Virus record (IMG/VR): IMGVR_UViG_3300032218_001256
Coordinates: 1-59,701 of that record
Direction: 5' to 3' (one strand)
DNA: 59,701 nt
From: a virus
Lineage: Duplodnaviria > Caudoviricetes
Of this stretch, positions 27,301 through 38,522 are shown one piece after another. The position numbers were made by a program, and so were the translations under genes. The stretch's first letter is position 1, and the number at the start of each line of letters is the position of its first letter. The notes beneath the pieces are model-generated. The model was not told the origin of the DNA, searched no databases, and saw only the letters and a program-made list of their open reading frames with translations.

Positions 27301-29311
27301 GATAGATTACAAAGATTGGCTGATGAATCAAAAGCGTCTACCCACACCTGACAGTGCTGAGTATGATGCTTTTTATGCATTTCACGAGGAGCTTTGCAAG
27401 AATGGTTGTATGATGGGAGATACGTACATTAATCCATTCCTATACTGGCATCTAAATGCATGGCATACAGAGATTGACGTTATAGATGATTATGGTAGAA
27501 TAGCACAGAAATATGCTAACCCATCATTACGTGATAATGAATGGATAGTGAGCTCTGAGATTGATAGAGCACAAAAGGAGAAAAAGGGTTTAGTTATCCT
27601 TGGAATCAGACGTTTTGCTAAGTCTGTTCTAGAGGCATCATATGTGTCACATGGAGCAACATTTGATGAGAACTCACAGAACATTATAGCTGGCCTAAAT
27701 GCAGCTGATATAAAGCTAATTACAGATAAGATTGATAAAGGATTAAACTATCTGCCAGAAGCATGGAAATGGCAACGTGTAGAGGATAATTGGAAGAACC
27801 AAGTAACGCTTGGTATAAAGACAAGAGGAGGAGAACGTATTCCTTATTCACAGATATTAATACGTAACCTTGATGAAGGTAATAATGAAGAAGCAATTGC
27901 TGGTACAAAACCTAGGAGATTAATTATAGATGAAATTGGTAAAGGAAATTTCCTACGAGGCTTTCAAGCAGCTGTGCCTGGCTTCACAACACCCTTTGGC
28001 TGGGGCTGCTCACCAATTCTTACTGGCACTGGTGGGGATATGAAGAAATTTATGGATGCCAAGAGTTTAATGTTTGATGTTGGCAACTATAACTTTTTAG
28101 AGTATAACAATGCTAAAGATGAAAAACGTATACATGGACTTTTTATCTCTCACAAGTTTAGGATGGAGGCCAAGTATGAAAGCTCTCTTGGTGCATATTT
28201 AGAGCTACCAAAGAAGAGTGATCTACACAATGTAAAGATGATGGTGAGTGATGAAGAACTTGCCACAAAGATAACTAATGATAATCTTGAAAGGCTTAAG
28301 AAAGCTGGAGATAGACTTGCTTATTTAAAAGAGAAGATGTACTATCCACAAGAAGTGGATGATATATTTTTAAATGAAGACTCTAATATATTTGATATAG
28401 AGGGAGCAAAACGACAAAAGTCCAGACTCCTATCACAGGAGCGCACTGGAACACCTGTTGTGCTATATGATGATGGTGATGGTATAAAGCATGAGTTTAC
28501 AGACAAAATGCCCATCACCAACTTCCCTCTTAAGAATACAGATCAGAAGGATGCTCCTATAGTTATATATGAGTTTCCTGTAGAGAATCCTCCTTATGGA
28601 TTGTATGTAGCAGGGGTTGACCCCTATCGCCAAGGTAAAGCTGCATATTCTACATCATTAGGAGCTGTATACATATATAAAAGGATGCATGCAATTACAG
28701 GAGAAAAGTATCAGGATATGTTTGTAGCTTCATATTGTGCTCGTCCTGATAAGAAAGAAGTTTGGGAAGAACAAGCTAGACTCTTGATTAAATATTATAA
28801 TGCTAGAGCATTGTGTGAGAATGATGAGGTTTCGTTTATTGATTATATGATTTCTAAGAACGATGCTCATTATTTAGAGAAGCAGCCTGAATGGTTGAAA
28901 GAAGTAGTACCAAATACTACTGTGAGACGTGACTATGGTATACATCGTTCAGCAGAGAAGATTAGAGACTTTCTACATGGATGTCTTAAAAAATATACAG
29001 AACAAACTCTTCTTGTTGAAAAGAATGAAGCAGGAGAAGTAATTAATGAGAAGAAAGGTATGGTGAAGATATTCGATCCTATCCTTTTAGAAGAAATGAT
29101 TCAGTATAATGAAGATGGTAACTTTGATAGAATCATTGCAGCTGAATTAGCAATAGCATTAGCTATGAAAATGGATCCTATTATGGGAAGGGTGGGATCT
29201 TCAGGAGATGCTAGAGTAATGGCTATGCATTCAAGAACTAAGAAAAATAAATTGTTTGAGGAGTCCAGAGGGCTTTTTAACAATAGACCTAAACAAAAAC
29301 TGTTTACATAA
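27287..29311 (+). CDS. terL: Terminase large subunit
   Basis: 'RRFAKS' Walker A variant, 'IIDEIG' Walker B, 'TGTGG', nuclease 'GVDPY' and 'NFDR'. Confidence 0.92.
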   Translation: MKLHKIDYKDWLMNQKRLPTPDSAEYDAFYAFHEELCKNGCMMGDTYINPFLYWHLNAWHTEIDVIDDYGRIAQKYANPSLRDNEWIVSSEIDRAQKEKKGLVILGIRRFAKSVLEASYVSHGATFDENSQNIIAGLNAADIKLITDKIDKGLNYLPEAWKWQRVEDNWKNQVTLGIKTRGGERIPYSQILIRNLDEGNNEEAIAGTKPRRLIIDEIGKGNFLRGFQAAVPGFTTPFGWGCSPILTGTGGDMKKFMDAKSLMFDVGNYNFLEYNNAKDEKRIHGLFISHKFRMEAKYESSLGAYLELPKKSDLHNVKMMVSDEELATKITNDNLERLKKAGDRLAYLKEKMYYPQEVDDIFLNEDSNIFDIEGAKRQKSRLLSQERTGTPVVLYDDGDGIKHEFTDKMPITNFPLKNTDQKDAPIVIYEFPVENPPYGLYVAGVDPYRQGKAAYSTSLGAVYIYKRMHAITGEKYQDMFVASYCARPDKKEVWEEQARLLIKYYNARALCENDEVSFIDYMISKNDAHYLEKQPEWLKEVVPNTTVRRDYGIHRSAEKIRDFLHGCLKKYTEQTLLVEKNEAGEVINEKKGMVKIFDPILLEEMIQYNEDGNFDRIIAAELAIALAMKMDPIMGRVGSSGDARVMAMHSRTKKNKLFEESRGLFNNRPKQKLFT

Positions 29312-31896
29312 TGGCAATTATTAGATATACTAAAGATGCGACTATTAGGTATGCGTACCTAAACATCTTTCCTGATCAGTTCAAAACTGAGAAGGAGAAA
29401 ATGGATGAGAGTTGGATCAAGAATACAATGGACTATTTTGCTAATAAGTCCTATGCTGAGTACGTAAAGAATAGAGATACGTTTGTTAAAAACTACGATC
29501 TTGTTAAGGGCATCCTTCGTATGGAGGACTTTTATCAATCAGCTCCTCAGGTGAAAAGCTTCACAGATATGTTGACAGCTGATCTTGAACTACCAGCTTA
29601 TGTAAAGATGTACTCTATCATCACCACACCTTTAAATGAGCTTGTAGGTGAGATATCAAAACGTCCTGATGCATTTAGAGTTAAAGCATTTGATGAAGAT
29701 TCAAAAGCAGAGGAGTTAGAATATAAAACAGGTATTCTTAAAGAGTTTGTAATAAGTACAGCAAAGCAGAAGATTATAGAGCAAGCTAATGCTCAAGGTG
29801 CAGAAATAGATGATGAGCAACTACAACAGATGACGATGCAAGAAGTTCAAGATGAACTTGATTCATATACATCTATAGCAGAGAAATGGGCTAACCATGT
29901 ATTAACATGTCAGAAAGCAGACTTTACATTGAAAGAGAAAAGTGAGGATGCATTTAGAGATATGCTCATCTCTGCTCGTGAGTTCTATCATATATATGAG
30001 GATAACTCTAAGCTAGGATATAATATAGAAGTAGCTAACCCTAAGAACACTTGGTTCCTATCTACACCAGATCGTAAGTATGTATCAGATCCAACAGGAC
30101 GTGCTCAAGGTGCGTATGCTGCTGGTACTGTGCAGGTTATGGAACTTTCTGAAATCATTGAGAGTATTCCAGACCTTACTAAAGATGAGATTGATCACTT
30201 AAGATCATCTTTACAAGACTATGGACTTATCAACGTTCGTGAGTCTAACCTTGGTAATCCTAATGCAGGTAATGGTATTGACTCAATTCAATATGACACA
30301 TATGATCCTCTTGTTCTTCAGACTCGTATGATGATTGAGTCTGAGATGAAACAGAATGATGATGGCTTACAAGACTTTTTAGGACTTACATCAAATGTGT
30401 CTTCATTTGGATACAAGTATGTAGTAGTAAGAGCTTATTGGATATCAAAGAAGAAAATTGGTAAGCTTATCTATCTTGATGAAATGGGCAATGAGCAATC
30501 TATGCTTGTTGATGAGAACTATAAGAGTGGTACAATACCTACACAGATATCATTAGAATGGGGATGGATTAATCAATGGTATCAAGGTATAAAGATTGGA
30601 CCAGATATCTACCATATCAAACCATTCAAGTTATTAAACTACTGCCCTATCATTGGACTAGTGCATGAGATTAAGAACACAGAGGCAAAGTCTTTAGTAG
30701 ACTTAATGAAACCATTCCAGGTTCTTTATAATGTTTGTATGAACCAGCTTTACAAACTTCTTGAGAAAGAAATTGGTAAGGTGCAACTAATGTCTATTAG
30801 ACATATTCCTATTCCTAAAGATGGAGATGCACAAGATGCTCTTGATATCTGGGAGATGGAAGCACGTAATAGAGGTGTTGTATTTATCGATGATAGTCCA
30901 GAGAACTTAAAATCCCCAAGCTCATTCAATCAGTTTAGGGATATTGATATGACACGTACGCAAGAGATTCAATCTCGTTATACATTAGCTCAACAATTAA
31001 AGAATGAGTGTTGGGAATTAATTGGTATGTCTAAACAACGTTTAGGAGCTGTGTCAGCTTCTGAAACTGCTACAGGTACTAATACTGCCATAACACAAAG
31101 CTATTCGCAGACAGAGCCATTGTTCGTAGCACACGAGTATGTGTTAGGTCAGTTATATCAAGCTATTATAGATGCATCTTTATATGTAGAATCTAGAAAG
31201 CCTCAATCAACAATATCATACATTACATCTGAAGGAGAATCTGCATTTGTAGAAGTTAATGGAACAGATCTTAAATTTAGAGATCTTAAAGTTTTCTTGA
31301 CTAATCGTCCAGAAGATCAGAAGATGTTCAATGAGATTAGAGGATTATCTCAAGCTGTTCTACAGAATGGTGGAAGCTTACATGACATCATTGAGCTTTA
31401 TTCTACAAACTCTGTTCGTCAGATGAAGAAAGTATTCAAGACTCTTAAAGAACGTCAAGAAGAGCTTGAGAATCAGAAAATGCAACAACAACAACAGCAA
31501 ATTGAGCAACAACAACAAATTGCTCAAGCTCAAATGGAACAGGCTAAACAAATGCAAGCTGAGAAAATAGCACATGATGATTATCAAAATGAGTTAGATA
31601 GAATCAATAAGGTTCAGATTGCAATGATTGCAGCTGAATCTAAAGCAGGACCATTGTCAGATATTGATACATCTGGAACTGCTGATGTTCTTGAAATGAC
31701 TAAATTAGCTTCTGAAGAATCAAGAGCAACTAAAGACTATAACAAATCTTTAGATGAGATTCGTAGTAGGGATCAACAACATTATGATAAAATGCAAATA
31801 GAGCGTGAAAAGATGCAAGTCGATTTAAAAAATCAAGATAATGACTTACAGATTGCTCAGATAAATGCACGTAATAGAGCTTCTAAAAGTAAGTAA
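29311..31896 (+). CDS. Portal protein
   Basis: 861 aa directly after terL, C-terminal Gln-rich coiled coil, crAss-like gene order. Confidence 0.9.
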   Translation: MAIIRYTKDATIRYAYLNIFPDQFKTEKEKMDESWIKNTMDYFANKSYAEYVKNRDTFVKNYDLVKGILRMEDFYQSAPQVKSFTDMLTADLELPAYVKMYSIITTPLNELVGEISKRPDAFRVKAFDEDSKAEELEYKTGILKEFVISTAKQKIIEQANAQGAEIDDEQLQQMTMQEVQDELDSYTSIAEKWANHVLTCQKADFTLKEKSEDAFRDMLISAREFYHIYEDNSKLGYNIEVANPKNTWFLSTPDRKYVSDPTGRAQGAYAAGTVQVMELSEIIESIPDLTKDEIDHLRSSLQDYGLINVRESNLGNPNAGNGIDSIQYDTYDPLVLQTRMMIESEMKQNDDGLQDFLGLTSNVSSFGYKYVVVRAYWISKKKIGKLIYLDEMGNEQSMLVDENYKSGTIPTQISLEWGWINQWYQGIKIGPDIYHIKPFKLLNYCPIIGLVHEIKNTEAKSLVDLMKPFQVLYNVCMNQLYKLLEKEIGKVQLMSIRHIPIPKDGDAQDALDIWEMEARNRGVVFIDDSPENLKSPSSFNQFRDIDMTRTQEIQSRYTLAQQLKNECWELIGMSKQRLGAVSASETATGTNTAITQSYSQTEPLFVAHEYVLGQLYQAIIDASLYVESRKPQSTISYITSEGESAFVEVNGTDLKFRDLKVFLTNRPEDQKMFNEIRGLSQAVLQNGGSLHDIIELYSTNSVRQMKKVFKTLKERQEELENQKMQQQQQQIEQQQQIAQAQMEQAKQMQAEKIAHDDYQNELDRINKVQIAMIAAESKAGPLSDIDTSGTADVLEMTKLASEESRATKDYNKSLDEIRSRDQQHYDKMQIEREKMQVDLKNQDNDLQIAQINARNRASKSK

Positions 31897-32038
31897 TTCT
31901 AACCATCTTGGTTAGAGAAGATTTTATTAATGCTATATTATCTAGAATATTCAACCATTTTGGGCATATTCTATTTGTTATTAATTTAATACAACATATT
32001 TTTATATCGAAAAACCAATTCAAAAAAACAAACTACGT

Positions 32039-33274
32039 ATGGCCAATGACTTAGAAACCCCAAATATTGGGAACTTCAGCATTCAGGATACCATGGAAAT
32101 GGGTATGGGAAGTACAGAACTATTAAATGATTTATTAGGTCCTGATACAGCTTCTGCCAGTCCTGATGACATTAAAGATATTACAGCTGAAGAAACTCAA
32201 GCTCCTAAAGCAACTAAAGCTTCTGCTAAAGTTGAAGAAGAAGAAAAGACAGAAGATACTTCTAAATCAATCACAGACTTTTTATTAGGAGGTGATGATG
32301 AGGAAGAGGAAGAAGAAGCAGCTCCAGCAGCAAAAGCTAAAGAAGCTCCAGTAGCAGCAACATCTGAAGAAGAGGATGATGATGAAGCTATTAATCCTTT
32401 CGCAGCATTTTCTAGAGACCTTTTTAAATTAGGAGGTTTCACAAAGGATGAAGACGAGGATGATGTACAAATCAACACAGCAGAAGAGTTCTTAGAACGA
32501 TTTGAATCTGAGAAGAAGAAAGGTGCATCTGAGATTGTAGAAAACTTTATAGGACGTTTTGGTGAAGATTATCAAAATGCCTTCACTGCAATATTTGTAA
32601 ATGGAGTTGATCCTAAAGATTACTTTGGCACATACAACGCTATTCAATCATTCACTGATCTAGATTTATCAGACGAAGGAAACCAAATAGCAATCATTAA
32701 ACAGACTTTAGCAGATCAAGATTATGATCCTGAAGATATAACAACAGAGATCGAAAGACTCAAAAATTATGGTGATCTAGAAAGCGTTGCTGCTAAACAT
32801 CATAAAGTGTTGGTTAAAAAAGAAGCTGTAAAGCTTCAAAAACTGGAGCAAGAGAAAGCTGCCCAATTACAACAACAACAGGCTTACAAGCAACAATATT
32901 CAAACAATGTCACTTCGATATTGCAAGATAAGCTTAAAGCAAAGGAGTTTGATGGCATCCCTCTTAATCCTAAGTTAGCAACTGAACTACAAGATTTTTT
33001 AATTACAGAAAAGTGGAAAACAAATTCTGGTGAAAATTTAACAGATTTTGATCGCACTGTTCTGGAACTTAAGCGTCCTGAGAACCATGAAATGAAAGTG
33101 AAGGTTGCTCTACTTCTAAAGATATTAGAAAAAGATCCAACACTATCAACCATTCAAAAATCAGGAGTTACCAAGAAGACAGACAGTCTGTTTGGTGAAG
33201 TCGCAAGACAAGCTACTAAAAGTTCAGTAAAATCTTCCAAGTCAGATAAGCCTAACTCATGGTGGAGTAATTAA
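32039..33274 (+). CDS. Putative scaffold protein (crAss gene 77-like)
   Basis: Highly acidic N-terminal half plus coiled coil; between portal and capsid genes. Confidence 0.7.
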   Translation: MANDLETPNIGNFSIQDTMEMGMGSTELLNDLLGPDTASASPDDIKDITAEETQAPKATKASAKVEEEEKTEDTSKSITDFLLGGDDEEEEEEAAPAAKAKEAPVAATSEEEDDDEAINPFAAFSRDLFKLGGFTKDEDEDDVQINTAEEFLERFESEKKKGASEIVENFIGRFGEDYQNAFTAIFVNGVDPKDYFGTYNAIQSFTDLDLSDEGNQIAIIKQTLADQDYDPEDITTEIERLKNYGDLESVAAKHHKVLVKKEAVKLQKLEQEKAAQLQQQQAYKQQYSNNVTSILQDKLKAKEFDGIPLNPKLATELQDFLITEKWKTNSGENLTDFDRTVLELKRPENHEMKVKVALLLKILEKDPTLSTIQKSGVTKKTDSLFGEVARQATKSSVKSSKSDKPNSWWSN

Positions 33275-33302
33275 CAATTATTAAATTAAACATAAACAAA
33301 AA

Positions 33303-34856
33303 ATGGCAATTCAAACTATCCCTGGTTTAACTGGCTTTACTTATGCTCGTGTAGCGTCTATGGACAAACGTGCAGTAGGTAAATTAACAGACTCTAACCA
33401 CTTGGAAAGCTTTCACTCAACTGAGCCAGCAGACTATGATAAGAAGATTATCAGTTTGTACACTCAGAGTTCGTTGTACAGCAATGACTTCTTGGACATG
33501 ATCAACAAGTCAACTCCTTACTACATCGACAATAATAGTGATGCTTGGAAGTGGCAAGTACAAGTTCCTTACAAATTCCCTAAAATCATTGACATTCCTG
33601 ATTCCACTTTAAATTTGGACAAACCAGGTATCGATGGTCAAGAATTTCAAGTGATTATTGACACTAACGAATTCTCTAAGAACGCAATCGTTTCTGTAGG
33701 TACTCGTCAGTATGGTCCTCGTTGGTATGCGATCAAAGATCCTCAACCATGGAACATGGGTTATTTATACACTTTCACTTTGGTAACTGACAATCCTCAA
33801 GTTGACTTCGTATCACCTGTATTCTTACAGACTGGTTTAGAGCTTGAATTAGTTGATGCTGCAATTGGTGAATTTGACCAAGATTTATTAGGATTGCCTC
33901 GTTTAGGTGAGCAAATCACTATGTTCGAATCATTGAGTTCTGCATATGGTTATGAGCACAAAATTACTGAATGGGCTGATGACAAGATGTTAGTTAATGC
34001 TGATGGTTCAGCTTTAGATATCTTAGTGTATGCTCCACAACGTCGTAACCAACTTCCTTTAACTCGTAATGATGTTAAGTGGGAGCCATTCGTTGAGTTC
34101 TGGATGCGTAAGTCTATGTTAGAATTAAAGGTTAAGCGTATGATCTGGGCTCGTCCAGGTACTGTTAAATCTAATGGTTCTAAGCAAGAATTAAAGCGTA
34201 CATCTGCTGGTGTTTACCACAGAATGCGTAACAATGGTAACTTAGTTCAATACAATCGTGGAGAATTCACTGCTAACTTGATTCGTTCAGTATTTGGTGA
34301 TTTATTCTATCGTCGTGTGGATGTTAAGGATCGTCGTGTTAAAATGTACACTAACGAAGCTGGCTTCGACGTGTTCCAACAAGCACTTAAAACTGATGCA
34401 TTAAATTCTGGTTTAACTTTCATGGCTGATTCAGGTAATCGCTACATGCAAGGAGAAGGACAACACATCACTTACAACTTTGCATTCGATGCAATGGTAA
34501 CTCGTGAGACTGGTCGTGTTGAGTTAATTCACTTAAAAGAATTAGACCTTCCTCAAACTAACTTAGAATTTGGACAAAACAAGAAATCAACTCCAGTATT
34601 TATGGTGTTTGACGTTTCTCCAATGTCTGATGGATCTATGGTTAATAACATTCGTGAGGTACGTATGAAGGGTGCTCCTTCTATGACTTGGGGTTATATC
34701 GATGGTACTCGTCATCACTTAGGATTTGCAAAATCTCAAGGTATGTCAAGTGCTAACAAATTCCCAGGATACGAAATCTGGATGAAGGATCGTTGTGACG
34801 TATTTATTGAAGACTTGTCTCGTACAGTCTTGATCGAAGAAATCCCTCAATTCTAA
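33303..34856 (+). CDS. Major capsid protein
   Basis: 517 aa, strongly biased codon usage (CGT, AAC, TTC), crAss-like position and size. Confidence 0.9.
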   Translation: MAIQTIPGLTGFTYARVASMDKRAVGKLTDSNHLESFHSTEPADYDKKIISLYTQSSLYSNDFLDMINKSTPYYIDNNSDAWKWQVQVPYKFPKIIDIPDSTLNLDKPGIDGQEFQVIIDTNEFSKNAIVSVGTRQYGPRWYAIKDPQPWNMGYLYTFTLVTDNPQVDFVSPVFLQTGLELELVDAAIGEFDQDLLGLPRLGEQITMFESLSSAYGYEHKITEWADDKMLVNADGSALDILVYAPQRRNQLPLTRNDVKWEPFVEFWMRKSMLELKVKRMIWARPGTVKSNGSKQELKRTSAGVYHRMRNNGNLVQYNRGEFTANLIRSVFGDLFYRRVDVKDRRVKMYTNEAGFDVFQQALKTDALNSGLTFMADSGNRYMQGEGQHITYNFAFDAMVTRETGRVELIHLKELDLPQTNLEFGQNKKSTPVFMVFDVSPMSDGSMVNNIREVRMKGAPSMTWGYIDGTRHHLGFAKSQGMSSANKFPGYEIWMKDRCDVFIEDLSRTVLIEEIPQF

Positions 34857-34860
34857 TACA

Positions 34861-35004
34861 TGGGACTTTGTCCCACGCTTATCAATCGATAAGCACAAGA
34901 AGACCTCCTCATTCCTCCCTCCTAATATGGGGAGGCTCTTCTTGACACAGAGTGCTTGGATTGGGGTGTCCCTGGTCGCTATTCCTTCGATGGATAGCAC
35001 TCTG
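34861..35004 (+). other. Multi-hairpin structured intergenic element after the capsid gene
   Basis: Four consecutive stems: TGGGAC/GTCCCA, GCTTATC/GATAAGC, CAAGAAGA../..TCTTCTTG, CAGAGTGCT/AGCACTCTG. Confidence 0.65.
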
Positions 35005-35032
35005 CTAAAAACCAATTAAAATTAAACTACAT

Positions 35033-36001
35033 ATGGGTAAGACAGGCAAAATTTCTACTATTAAGAAAGATTACAACAATTCGCAATTGCAAACAATGCA
35101 AGGTGGACTTTCACGTGAAGGTTTGACACGAGTTCCAGGTACAGGTGTTTTTAAATATCCTTACAAGGAAATGGATGGTCAGTATCGTACAGGATTAAAT
35201 CCTGAAGCTGCATATATCAGACGCATAGCTGATCCTACAGAACGTGAATTAGAAATTGATCGTGTAACATCTTTACGTCAACGTTTAGAGTATGCATTAG
35301 GTGATGTTGATTTAGGTCCTCGTTCTAAGTTTTGGAACTATGGATTATCTCAAGGCATTGATGATATGATGCACGTGCAACCAGTTAAGTTATTAGATGG
35401 TGATAACTATTTTGATTTCACTAATCCAATGCAAGAATTAGCATTTGCATGGTTGAGAGTTCATCCAACAATTGCAAGTTCATATCAAGCTTGGGAACGT
35501 GGTGAATATCCAGCAGATACACAATTTTATGTTGTAGATGATGAGATTGAAAATGCAGTTCTTTATAAGAAGAAGCAAATAATCAATAAGGCAATTGTCA
35601 AGTTTGATTCTATGTCTCCTGATAAAAAGAAGAAAGTAGCAAGAATGTTAGGCTTACCTGTAACAGAAGAAACTAAAGAAGAAGTTGTTTATAACCAAGT
35701 GGATAACTTGTTAAAACAAACAGAATTCAAGGATGGTAAATATCAAGGTTTATCTCCAATTGAAGTCTTCAATAGATTCGCAGATATGAAAGATCAATTG
35801 CTTGCAATTAAAGATTTAGTTAAGCAAGCGATTACACACTCAGTCTATCGTGTAAAACCTAATGGTAAAGTTTACATGGGAGAACTAGAAGTGGCAATTG
35901 ATGAAGAAGAGTTAGTTAAATACCTTGCAGATGAAGATCATCAAGATGATTTACTAATCTTAGAACAAAAGTTAAAAGGTAAAAAATTAGCAACAGTATG
36001 A
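35033..36001 (+). CDS. Conserved crAss gene 75-like protein
   Basis: 322 aa immediately after the capsid gene; synteny. Confidence 0.7.
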   Translation: MGKTGKISTIKKDYNNSQLQTMQGGLSREGLTRVPGTGVFKYPYKEMDGQYRTGLNPEAAYIRRIADPTERELEIDRVTSLRQRLEYALGDVDLGPRSKFWNYGLSQGIDDMMHVQPVKLLDGDNYFDFTNPMQELAFAWLRVHPTIASSYQAWERGEYPADTQFYVVDDEIENAVLYKKKQIINKAIVKFDSMSPDKKKKVARMLGLPVTEETKEEVVYNQVDNLLKQTEFKDGKYQGLSPIEVFNRFADMKDQLLAIKDLVKQAITHSVYRVKPNGKVYMGELEVAIDEEELVKYLADEDHQDDLLILEQKLKGKKLATV

Positions 36002-36729
36002 TTCCAGTAGATAGTTTATTATATAAGATTGATCAGAAACTAAATAAACTATCTACTAACGAGCATCAACAAATTGCATTAGAAGACAAGATCCTTGCAC
36101 TCAATGAGGCACAGATCAAGTTAATAAAACAGAAAGTAGATGGTTTTAGCACTACTTCTGGTCTTGGTCTTGATGCGTTTAAAAAACGTTATGAAGATTT
36201 ACAAAGCTTAGTGATAGCTTACAATGATGGTGAGCTACCACTAAGTATAAAAAATCCCCAACTAAATCAATGGAAGGCAAACCTTCATGATCTAGATCCT
36301 CAATATATGTTCTATGTCGATAGTTATTTTTTAGCTGACAAAGGAAGATGTGTTGATAGAAAGATTTGGATCAATAAGGAATTAGCAAAACATGGAGACA
36401 TCTCTTTGCTTTTGACTAATGATCATTATAAGCCATCGTTTGAATATCAAGAAACATTCAACTTTTTGGCTACTGATGAGATAAGTGTATTTACAGATGG
36501 TACATTCATACCAACTAATATCTACATTTCTTACATGCGCTATCCAGTTTACATCAATAAGACTGGATATATAATGTTAGATGGCGAACCATCCTTTGAT
36601 CAAGATTGCGAATTAGAATTATATCTAGAAGATGAGCTTTTAGATTTAACAGTTCAAAACCTTGCAATGTATACTGAGAACCAATCTGCTGTAGAAAGTT
36701 CCATATACAGAATTAAAACAAATGAGTAA
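35998..36729 (+). CDS. Tail ring / head-tail adaptor protein (gene 74-like)
   Basis: 'LNEAQ', 'Y.RYP', 'CEL....DE' pattern; synteny. Confidence 0.65.
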   Translation: MIPVDSLLYKIDQKLNKLSTNEHQQIALEDKILALNEAQIKLIKQKVDGFSTTSGLGLDAFKKRYEDLQSLVIAYNDGELPLSIKNPQLNQWKANLHDLDPQYMFYVDSYFLADKGRCVDRKIWINKELAKHGDISLLLTNDHYKPSFEYQETFNFLATDEISVFTDGTFIPTNIYISYMRYPVYINKTGYIMLDGEPSFDQDCELELYLEDELLDLTVQNLAMYTENQSAVESSIYRIKTNE

Positions 36730-36749
36730 ACAATTAAACAAATATATAA

Positions 36750-37889
36750 ATGGCTGATTTTTCATTAACCACCCTGTTCGTAGTTCCAGTAGGCAACACA
36801 TTGCCTAGCACTGGTTCTACGCAAAACTTAACTGCTGGTCAGTTTGGTTTGTACTTGAACACGTATGCTGTTGCAACCACTGGTAACATTGGTGCTGCTC
36901 CATACTTCTATGCTGCTCAAGGACGTACTAATACGTATTTACAAGGCTCTAAGCGTTCTGACAAGATCTCTTCTGCTAATGTAACTGAATGGTACAAAGT
37001 TGTTGGTAACCCTGTTGCTGCTAACCAAGTAACTGACGTTTCTGATTTCACTGTAAAACCAGGCGAAATTATAACTTTAACATTACGTGGTTTCTCTTCT
37101 TACATCAACACATTGTACTTCAATGGTTTCACTCGTAGTGTAACTGTTAATGCTCCTTGTTTAGCTTGTGGTGGAGATCCTTGTACTGATGTTGACGTTC
37201 CTGCATTGATTGACAATTTGATCTATCACTTAGAATTGAAAGCTCCAGGTAACAATCCTGACAACATTTCATTCTCTACATTCTATCAATTCCAACGTAT
37301 TGGAGATGATCAAAATGCAATCTTACGTATCTCTGGTAAGCCATTAACTGTTTATGGACAGCCATGTGATATCGCTGCATTCCCTTGGGAGTATGATCGT
37401 ATGTGGTTCAGAACTTTCATCTTCTCTGGTCCAGCTACTACTGCTGACTTTATTGTAGCAGATCCTTGTAACAACGTGGCTTATGTTGAAGTTACTCAAC
37501 GTTCAACTTATCCATCTGGAACATCTGCTGAGATGCAACAATTAGAGAAGAACTTCTACAGCTACCAAGCTGGATATTTGAAGCATCTATACAGAATGAA
37601 TGGTTACAATGAGAACTTTGAGTCTTGGGTAACTGATGGTACTGTATATGATACTTACTATATCAAGTTCAACGAATATGATAAGTCTGCTTATCAGTGG
37701 GGTGATTATATCCACGAAGATTCAACTGTTATCATTGCTGCTCCTCAAGCTTTAGCTGAAGACATCGAAGATATCTTAGTTGCTGCTTTAGGACCTGTAA
37801 CTGATGATAGTGGTCCAATCACTTCAACTACTAGTACAACTACTACTATTTGGCCTTCAACTAGTACAACTACTACCTTGATTCCTTAA
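36750..37889 (+). CDS. Abundant virion protein, probably auxiliary capsid protein
   Basis: Capsid-like codon bias, followed by a terminator, Thr/Ser-rich C-terminal tail; synteny. Confidence 0.6.
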   Translation: MADFSLTTLFVVPVGNTLPSTGSTQNLTAGQFGLYLNTYAVATTGNIGAAPYFYAAQGRTNTYLQGSKRSDKISSANVTEWYKVVGNPVAANQVTDVSDFTVKPGEIITLTLRGFSSYINTLYFNGFTRSVTVNAPCLACGGDPCTDVDVPALIDNLIYHLELKAPGNNPDNISFSTFYQFQRIGDDQNAILRISGKPLTVYGQPCDIAAFPWEYDRMWFRTFIFSGPATTADFIVADPCNNVAYVEVTQRSTYPSGTSAEMQQLEKNFYSYQAGYLKHLYRMNGYNENFESWVTDGTVYDTYYIKFNEYDKSAYQWGDYIHEDSTVIIAAPQALAEDIEDILVAALGPVTDDSGPITSTTSTTTTIWPSTSTTTTLIP

Positions 37890-37911
37890 TAAAAAGGAAA
37901 TCATATAACCT

Positions 37912-37958
37912 ATGCCAGAGGGTAAGAGGATAATCTCTGTCCTCTGGCATTATTTTTT
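37912..37958 (+). terminator. Intrinsic terminator
   Basis: ATGCCAGAGG...CCTCTGGCAT followed by TATTTTTT. Confidence 0.85.
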
Positions 37959-37964
37959 AACAGC

Positions 37965-38522
37965 ATGGCAACAACTTTAGATTTTCTAGTAATAAATACC
38001 TACAACACTTTAACATTAGGTGTTGCTGATATATCAGTATATGATGGTACGCCTATAGCTCCCACTATTGAAATAACCATACCTAACACTACAAACGTAG
38101 TTAGCTTACCATTTACCCCTAATGATTTCAACATATTCAATTCTACATCATTAGGACTTACAGCTGTTGGACAACCATTGGCTCCTATTCCAGATGGTGT
38201 ATATTTTATTGTATATACAATATCTCCTGCTCAAACATATCATGTAGAGCATAATATAATGCGCACTGCTAAGATCCAAGAGAAGTTTGATAATGCATTT
38301 ATGAAACTTGATATGATGGAATGTGATGGTCCTATTAGAACGCAAGCAAAGGTTACATTGAATAGTATTTATTATATGATTCAAGGATCAATTGCTGCTG
38401 CTAATAACTCTGCTATTGCTACAGCTAATAAGCTATATACACAAGCAGATATGATGTTAAATAATTTTATTAGAGCTAACTGTGGTTGTTCAGGAAATAA
38501 CTACATAAATAACTTTGTATAA
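37965..38522 (+). CDS. Virion structural protein (tail hub-like)
   Basis: 'IPDGVY' beta-rich N-terminus, helical C-terminus with CGC; synteny. Confidence 0.55.
   Translation: MATTLDFLVINTYNTLTLGVADISVYDGTPIAPTIEITIPNTTNVVSLPFTPNDFNIFNSTSLGLTAVGQPLAPIPDGVYFIVYTISPAQTYHVEHNIMRTAKIQEKFDNAFMKLDMMECDGPIRTQAKVTLNSIYYMIQGSIAAANNSAIATANKLYTQADMMLNNFIRANCGCSGNNYINNFV

Noticed and set aside
17410-34856. Introns or inteins in polB, terL, portal or capsid genes
   Set aside because: ORFs are continuous, of expected size, and show no intein splice or homing-endonuclease motifs
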